DNA of 62,830 nt, counting the filler. It is 18 parts of 18 records of this genome, joined end to end, with 100 filler letters (N's around TTAATTAATTAA, not from the genome) between each part and the next. Parts side by side here need not be neighbours in the genome. Positions count along the whole stretch, not along the records: positions 53,281 to 59,308 come from SRR16133337_13396; positions 59,409 to 62,830 come from SRR16133337_13415; 16 more parts are not named here. The stretch is one strand, 5' to 3'. The translations under genes and the position numbers were made by a program. The notes below the pieces were generated by a model. That model saw only the letters and a program-made list of their open reading frames with translations. It did no database searches and was not told where the DNA came from. Each line of letters begins with the position of its first letter. Position 1 is the first letter of the stretch. Shown piece by piece: positions 57,065 through 62,830 of the stretch.

Positions 57065-57445
57065 ATGATGACAGAAAACGATATCTCATATAAAATAAGA
57101 GGAATCATATTTAACATCTACAATACACTTGGTCCAGGCTTATTAGAATCCGTTTATGTAGCCGCTTTTGTGTTTGAATTAAAAAAAGAAGGTATAAACG
57201 TTAAGAAAGAAGTACCTGTACCCGTTTATTATGAAAACGAAAAATTAGAAGTTGGTTTTAGATTAGATTTGTTAGTTGAAGACAAGGTAATTATTGAAGT
57301 AAAATCCGTAGAACATTTAGCAGAAGTACATCATAAACAAGTATTGACCTATTTAAAACTCACAAAATTAAAACTAGCTATATTGGTGAATTTCAATGTA
57401 GACGATATAAAATCAGGAATCTTTAGAAAGGTAAACAACCTTTAA
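57065..57445 (+). CDS. GxxExxY protein (PD-(D/E)XK-like nuclease fold, PDDEXK_3)
   Basis: 126 aa; LGPGLLESVY signature, FRLDLLVEDKVIIEVKS, QVLTYL, LVNFN. Confidence 0.95.
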   Translation: MMTENDISYKIRGIIFNIYNTLGPGLLESVYVAAFVFELKKEGINVKKEVPVPVYYENEKLEVGFRLDLLVEDKVIIEVKSVEHLAEVHHKQVLTYLKLTKLKLAILVNFNVDDIKSGIFRKVNNL

Positions 57446-57525
57446 TAAAAAATTTCCCGCAGATCTCGCAGATTTTTGCAGATTCTTTTTCTGCGGATCT
57501 CTGTGAAATCTGCGGGAGAAAAAAA
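57433..57525 (+). repeat. 93-bp direct repeat, copy 2, containing the same hairpin
   Basis: Offset 465 bp from copy 1, 89/93 identical. Begins within the last codons of the GxxExxY gene. Confidence 0.93.
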
Positions 57526-57622
57526 ATAGATGCTATTTCCAAAATGACAGCTTGTAAATTCTTAATTTTTTAAACCTTTCCCCATCAATTCTAAAACCCT
57601 AAAAACTTTTACAATCTTTTGG

Positions 57623-59308
<1,686 letters not shown>

Positions 59309-59410
59309 NNNNNNNNNNNNNNNNNNNNNNNNNNNNNNNNNNNNNNNNNNNNTTAATTAATTAANNNNNNNNNNNNNNNNNNNNNNNNNNNNNNNNNNNN
59401 NNNNNNNNCC

Positions 59411-59428
59411 CTTAACTTAATGACATTG
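59411..59428. mobile_element. Possible IS4-family terminal inverted repeat
   Basis: CTTAACTTAATGACATTG at a contig start. It resembles, from memory, CAATG(T/C)CATTAAGTTAAG-type IS4 ends. No transposase is present in the window. Confidence 0.45.
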
Positions 59429-59519
59429 GCCTAAAGCCAAAAAACAAACCGCTAAAATTCGAAAACAGAATTATTTTAAATATCGTTAAGACACCGTATT
59501 TAATGTCTAAAATTTGTAA

Positions 59520-59527
59520 TAGCTTTG
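59520..59527 (+). promoter_or_regulatory. Bacteroidetes -7 element (TAGCTTTG) upstream of the ABC-F gene
   Basis: Matches TAnnTTTG, 37 bp before the ATG. Confidence 0.55.
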
Positions 59528-59564
59528 CAAAAATAAATTCATTCGTAAATACGCTTGTATATAG

Positions 59565-61481
59565 ATGCTTAACATACACAATTTAACCGTTTCCTTTGGA
59601 GGAGAAGATCTTTTTTCGGAAATAACTTTCAAATTAGAAAAAGGAAATAGAGTAGGGCTTGTGGGAAAGAACGGTGCAGGAAAATCTACACTCTTAAAAG
59701 TAATTGCCAAAGATATTGAAAATGATGGAGGAACCATTGCCTTTGAAAAAGAGGTAAAAATTGGGTTTCTAAGACAAGATATTGATTTTGTAGAAGGAAG
59801 AACTATTTTAGAAGAAGCATATCAAGCATTTGAAGAAATTGTAGAATTAGAAGCAAAACTTTCAAAAATTAACCAAGAATTAAGTATACGTACAGATTAT
59901 GAAAGTGCCTATTATACACAGTTAATTCATGATTTAGATACCGTTTCTACCCGTTACGAATTGTTAGGAGGCTATAATTACCAAGGAGATACCGAAAAAA
60001 TTCTACAAGGATTAGGTTTTCAAAGAGACGATTTTGATAAGCTAACAGATACGTTTTCTGGAGGTTGGCGTATGCGTATCGAATTGGCAAAGTTATTATT
60101 ACAGAAAAATGATCTTCTATTACTCGATGAACCCACCAATCACCTAGATATTGAATCGATTATATGGTTAGAAAATTTCTTAAAATCTTATGCAGGAGCC
60201 ATTGTACTCGTGTCACACGATAAAATGTTCTTAGACAATGTTACCAATAGAACGATAGAAATATCCCTAGGGAAAATATACGATTATAAAAAGCCCTACT
60301 CACAATACCTCCTTTTAAGAGAAGAAATTCGCAAAAAACAATTACAATCCCAAAAAAATCAAGACAAAGAAATAAAAGCAAAACAGCAGTTAATAGATAA
60401 GTTTAGAGCAAAGGCCAATAAAGCTTCCATGGCACAATCTTTAATAAAACAATTAAACAAAGTACAACGTATTGAAGTCGATGTTGAAGACAATATGGTG
60501 ATGAATGTGAAATTTCCTTTGTCAAAACAACCTGGAAAAATAGTTGTAGAAACAGAAGCCTTGTCAAAAAGTTATGGAGACAAACAGGTGTTAAACAATG
60601 TAAATTTACGAATAGAAAGGTCTTCTAAAATTGCTTTTATTGGACAAAATGGACAAGGGAAATCTACCTTGGCCAAAATGATTGTGCATGAAATTGACTA
60701 CACGGGAAAAATAAAATTAGGGCATCAGGTTGAAATTGGATATTTTGCACAAAATCAAGCCGCATATTTAGACGGAGAAAAAACATTGTTAGCCACCATG
60801 GAAGAGGTGGCTAATGATCGTAACAGAATGCGGGTTAGAGATCTGTTAGGAGCCTTTTTGTTTGGTGGAGATGCTGTTGAAAAAAAAGTAAAAGTGCTTT
60901 CTGGAGGAGAACGAAACCGTTTGGCGATCTGTAAAATGTTGCTAACCCCTTTTAATGTCTTGATTATGGATGAACCAACCAATCATTTAGACATCACTTC
61001 AAAAAATGTGTTGAAAAAAGCATTGCAACAGTTTGAAGGAACCTTAATTTTAGTATCGCATGATAGAGATTTTTTACAGGGTTTGACAGACAAAGTCTTT
61101 GCTTTTAAAGACAAAGTTATCAAAGAGTATTTAGGAGATATTGATTATTTCTTGGAAGAACACCAAATGGAAAATTTGCGTGAAGCTGAAAAGAAAACAA
61201 AAATTGTGGTTTCAAAAGAAAACAAAAAGGAAACCTCTCAACAAATCCGACAAGAAGAAAAAAAACGCAAACAACTCAAAAATAAATTGAGTAAAATAGA
61301 ACGGACCATCTCTGATATGGAAAAAGAAATTTTAAAAATGGATGTAAAATTAGCTGAAGACTCTAAAAAAACAACCGCAGATCCTACTTTCTTTAAAACA
61401 TATCAGAACAAAAAAGAAAGTCTGGAAACATTGATGAATAATTGGGCAGAATTGGATAAAAAAATAAATGCGTTTGTGTAA
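59565..61481 (+). CDS. ABC-F family ATP-binding protein
   Basis: Two ABC domains (GKNGAGKST/FSGGW/LLLDEPTNHLD and GQNGQGKST/LSGGE/MDEPTNHLD), no TM segments, C-terminal coiled coil. Confidence 0.95.
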   Translation: MLNIHNLTVSFGGEDLFSEITFKLEKGNRVGLVGKNGAGKSTLLKVIAKDIENDGGTIAFEKEVKIGFLRQDIDFVEGRTILEEAYQAFEEIVELEAKLSKINQELSIRTDYESAYYTQLIHDLDTVSTRYELLGGYNYQGDTEKILQGLGFQRDDFDKLTDTFSGGWRMRIELAKLLLQKNDLLLLDEPTNHLDIESIIWLENFLKSYAGAIVLVSHDKMFLDNVTNRTIEISLGKIYDYKKPYSQYLLLREEIRKKQLQSQKNQDKEIKAKQQLIDKFRAKANKASMAQSLIKQLNKVQRIEVDVEDNMVMNVKFPLSKQPGKIVVETEALSKSYGDKQVLNNVNLRIERSSKIAFIGQNGQGKSTLAKMIVHEIDYTGKIKLGHQVEIGYFAQNQAAYLDGEKTLLATMEEVANDRNRMRVRDLLGAFLFGGDAVEKKVKVLSGGERNRLAICKMLLTPFNVLIMDEPTNHLDITSKNVLKKALQQFEGTLILVSHDRDFLQGLTDKVFAFKDKVIKEYLGDIDYFLEEHQMENLREAEKKTKIVVSKENKKETSQQIRQEEKKRKQLKNKLSKIERTISDMEKEILKMDVKLAEDSKKTTADPTFFKTYQNKKESLETLMNNWAELDKKINAFV

Positions 61482-61574
61482 TTTAGCTGTTAGAAACCCT
61501 CCAAATCCCTTTCCAAATTTTTAGCGATTTCATTTTACGGTTTTACAGAATACGCAACAATAATCAAATTTCCT

Positions 61575-61582
61575 TACCTTTG
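61575..61582 (+). promoter_or_regulatory. Bacteroidetes -7 element (TACCTTTG) upstream of mnmA
   Basis: Matches TAnnTTTG, 21 bp before the ATG. Confidence 0.6.
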
Positions 61583-61603
61583 CCTTCTTAAATTTTAAGA
61601 AAA

Positions 61604-62791
61604 ATGAAACGTGTAATAGTGGGGCTCTCAGGAGGTGTAGACAGTAGTGTTGCTGCTTATTTGTTACAAAAAGAAGGATATGAAGTTATCGGAATGTTTA
61701 TGAAAAACTGGCATGATGATTCTGTAACCATCTCTAATGAATGTCCTTGGTTAGAAGAGAGTAATGATGCTATGATTGTTGCCGAAAAATTAGGAATTCC
61801 TTTTCAAGTAGTAGACTTAAGCAAAGAATACAAAGACCGCATTGTTGATTATATGTTTCATGAATATGAAATAGGTCGAACTCCAAACCCAGATATATTA
61901 TGCAATAGAGAAATTAAATTTGATGTTTTTATGAAAATAGCTTTGAAACTGGGAGCAGATTTTGTTGCAACGGGGCATTATTGTAGAAAAGGTATTTTAG
62001 AAAAAGAAGGCAAAAAAATTTATCAATTACTTTCAGGAAAAGACAAAAATAAAGATCAATCTTATTTTTTGAGCCAATTGTCGCAAGAACAACTTTCTAA
62101 AGCCTTGTTTCCTATAGGAGAATTGACAAAGCCAGAAGTTCGAAATCTTGCAAAAGAGTTGGATTTGGTAACGGCTGATAAAAAAGATTCTCAAGGATTA
62201 TGTTTTATAGGAAAAGTTCGATTACCAGAGTTTTTACAGCAAAAATTAGAAGCTAAAGAAGGGGTTATTGTAACGATCCCTAAAGATTCAGAAATTTATA
62301 ACAGAACCATTCCTACGTTTGCGTCAAAAGAAGAGAAATTGTCATTTTTTGCGACAAAGTTTCGCTATTCTATCTCAGATGGAAAAACAGTTGCGAAACA
62401 CCAAGGAGCTCATTATTTTACAAAAGGACAACGTAAAGGCTTGGCTGTTGGAGGAACCATAGAACCTTTGTTTGTCATTGAAACAGATGTTGTGGAAAAT
62501 GTGATTTATACAGGGGAAGGCAAACAACACCCAGGGTTGTATCGCAACGTTTTATTTGTGGCAAATGAAGAGTTGCATTGGATTCGAGAAGATTTGAGTT
62601 TGGAAACGGGAGCTTCTATGGAAGTGATGGCTCGGATACGTTACAGACAAGCCTTGGAAAAAGCAACCTTGTATAAAGTAGAAAAAGGATTGTATGTTGA
62701 ATTTGAAAAAGTACAGTTTGCAATTACTGAGGGACAATTTGTAGCCTGGTATTTAGAAGATGATTTGTTGGGGTCAGGAGTTATTTCTTAG
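61604..62791 (+). CDS. mnmA: tRNA 2-thiouridine(34) synthase MnmA
   Basis: [52 protein letters not shown]. Confidence 0.97.
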   Translation: MKRVIVGLSGGVDSSVAAYLLQKEGYEVIGMFMKNWHDDSVTISNECPWLEESNDAMIVAEKLGIPFQVVDLSKEYKDRIVDYMFHEYEIGRTPNPDILCNREIKFDVFMKIALKLGADFVATGHYCRKGILEKEGKKIYQLLSGKDKNKDQSYFLSQLSQEQLSKALFPIGELTKPEVRNLAKELDLVTADKKDSQGLCFIGKVRLPEFLQQKLEAKEGVIVTIPKDSEIYNRTIPTFASKEEKLSFFATKFRYSISDGKTVAKHQGAHYFTKGQRKGLAVGGTIEPLFVIETDVVENVIYTGEGKQHPGLYRNVLFVANEELHWIREDLSLETGASMEVMARIRYRQALEKATLYKVEKGLYVEFEKVQFAITEGQFVAWYLEDDLLGSGVIS

Positions 62792-62830
62792 GGACTTATA
62801 GCTATAGGCAGTAGGCAAGGCAAAAATGAA

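Noticed and set aside
56901-57089. 62-aa minus-strand ORF with repeated FLSSFL.FLPQ as an antitoxin or partner gene
   Set aside because: It is the antisense reading of the hairpin and mini-ORF repeats.
56905-57525. CRISPR array or ordinary rho-independent terminators
   Set aside because: Only two full repeats of 93 bp with a whole gene between them and no cas genes. The stems are long and multi-unit and are followed by A-runs, not T-runs, on the coding strand. Termination on the minus strand is not excluded.

Overview
This window is not one locus. It is 18 unrelated contigs joined by 17 artificial 100-bp spacers (N-run, TTAATTAATTAA, N-run). Six contigs are bacterial and Flavobacteriaceae-like: 4800-8124 (porQ, cmk, capsular tyrosine phosphatase, RsmB fragment); 18306-21470 (TonB receptor and lipoprotein); 40386-44452 (SNF2-type helicase, DUF1016, type IIG RM fragment); 46731-53180 (T9SS metalloprotease, TonB receptor); 53281-59308 (RND pump, GxxExxY, pyrG); 59409-62830 (ABC-F, mnmA). 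One contig (23674-28467) is a two-ORF LINE with an uninterrupted ORF2. Eleven contigs are intron-rich eukaryotic DNA with readable GT-AG exons (FkbM methyltransferase, LDLa, ADP-ribosylglycohydrolase, vWA, RPB5, class C GPCR-like, kinases). The most striking signal is at 56905-57525: a lone GxxExxY (PD-(D/E)XK-like) gene sits between two near-identical GCAGAT-built hairpins and is preceded by an in-frame 'empty' copy of itself (MMTENNL*). This suggests a small nuclease-plus-hairpin mobile cassette. Also notable: diverged ~97-bp inverted repeats bracketing LINE ORF2, a repeated IS/MITE-like end at four bacterial contig breaks (one supplies the pyrG stop codon), and an in-frame palindrome in DUF1016. 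All family assignments are by motif recognition; no searches were run.
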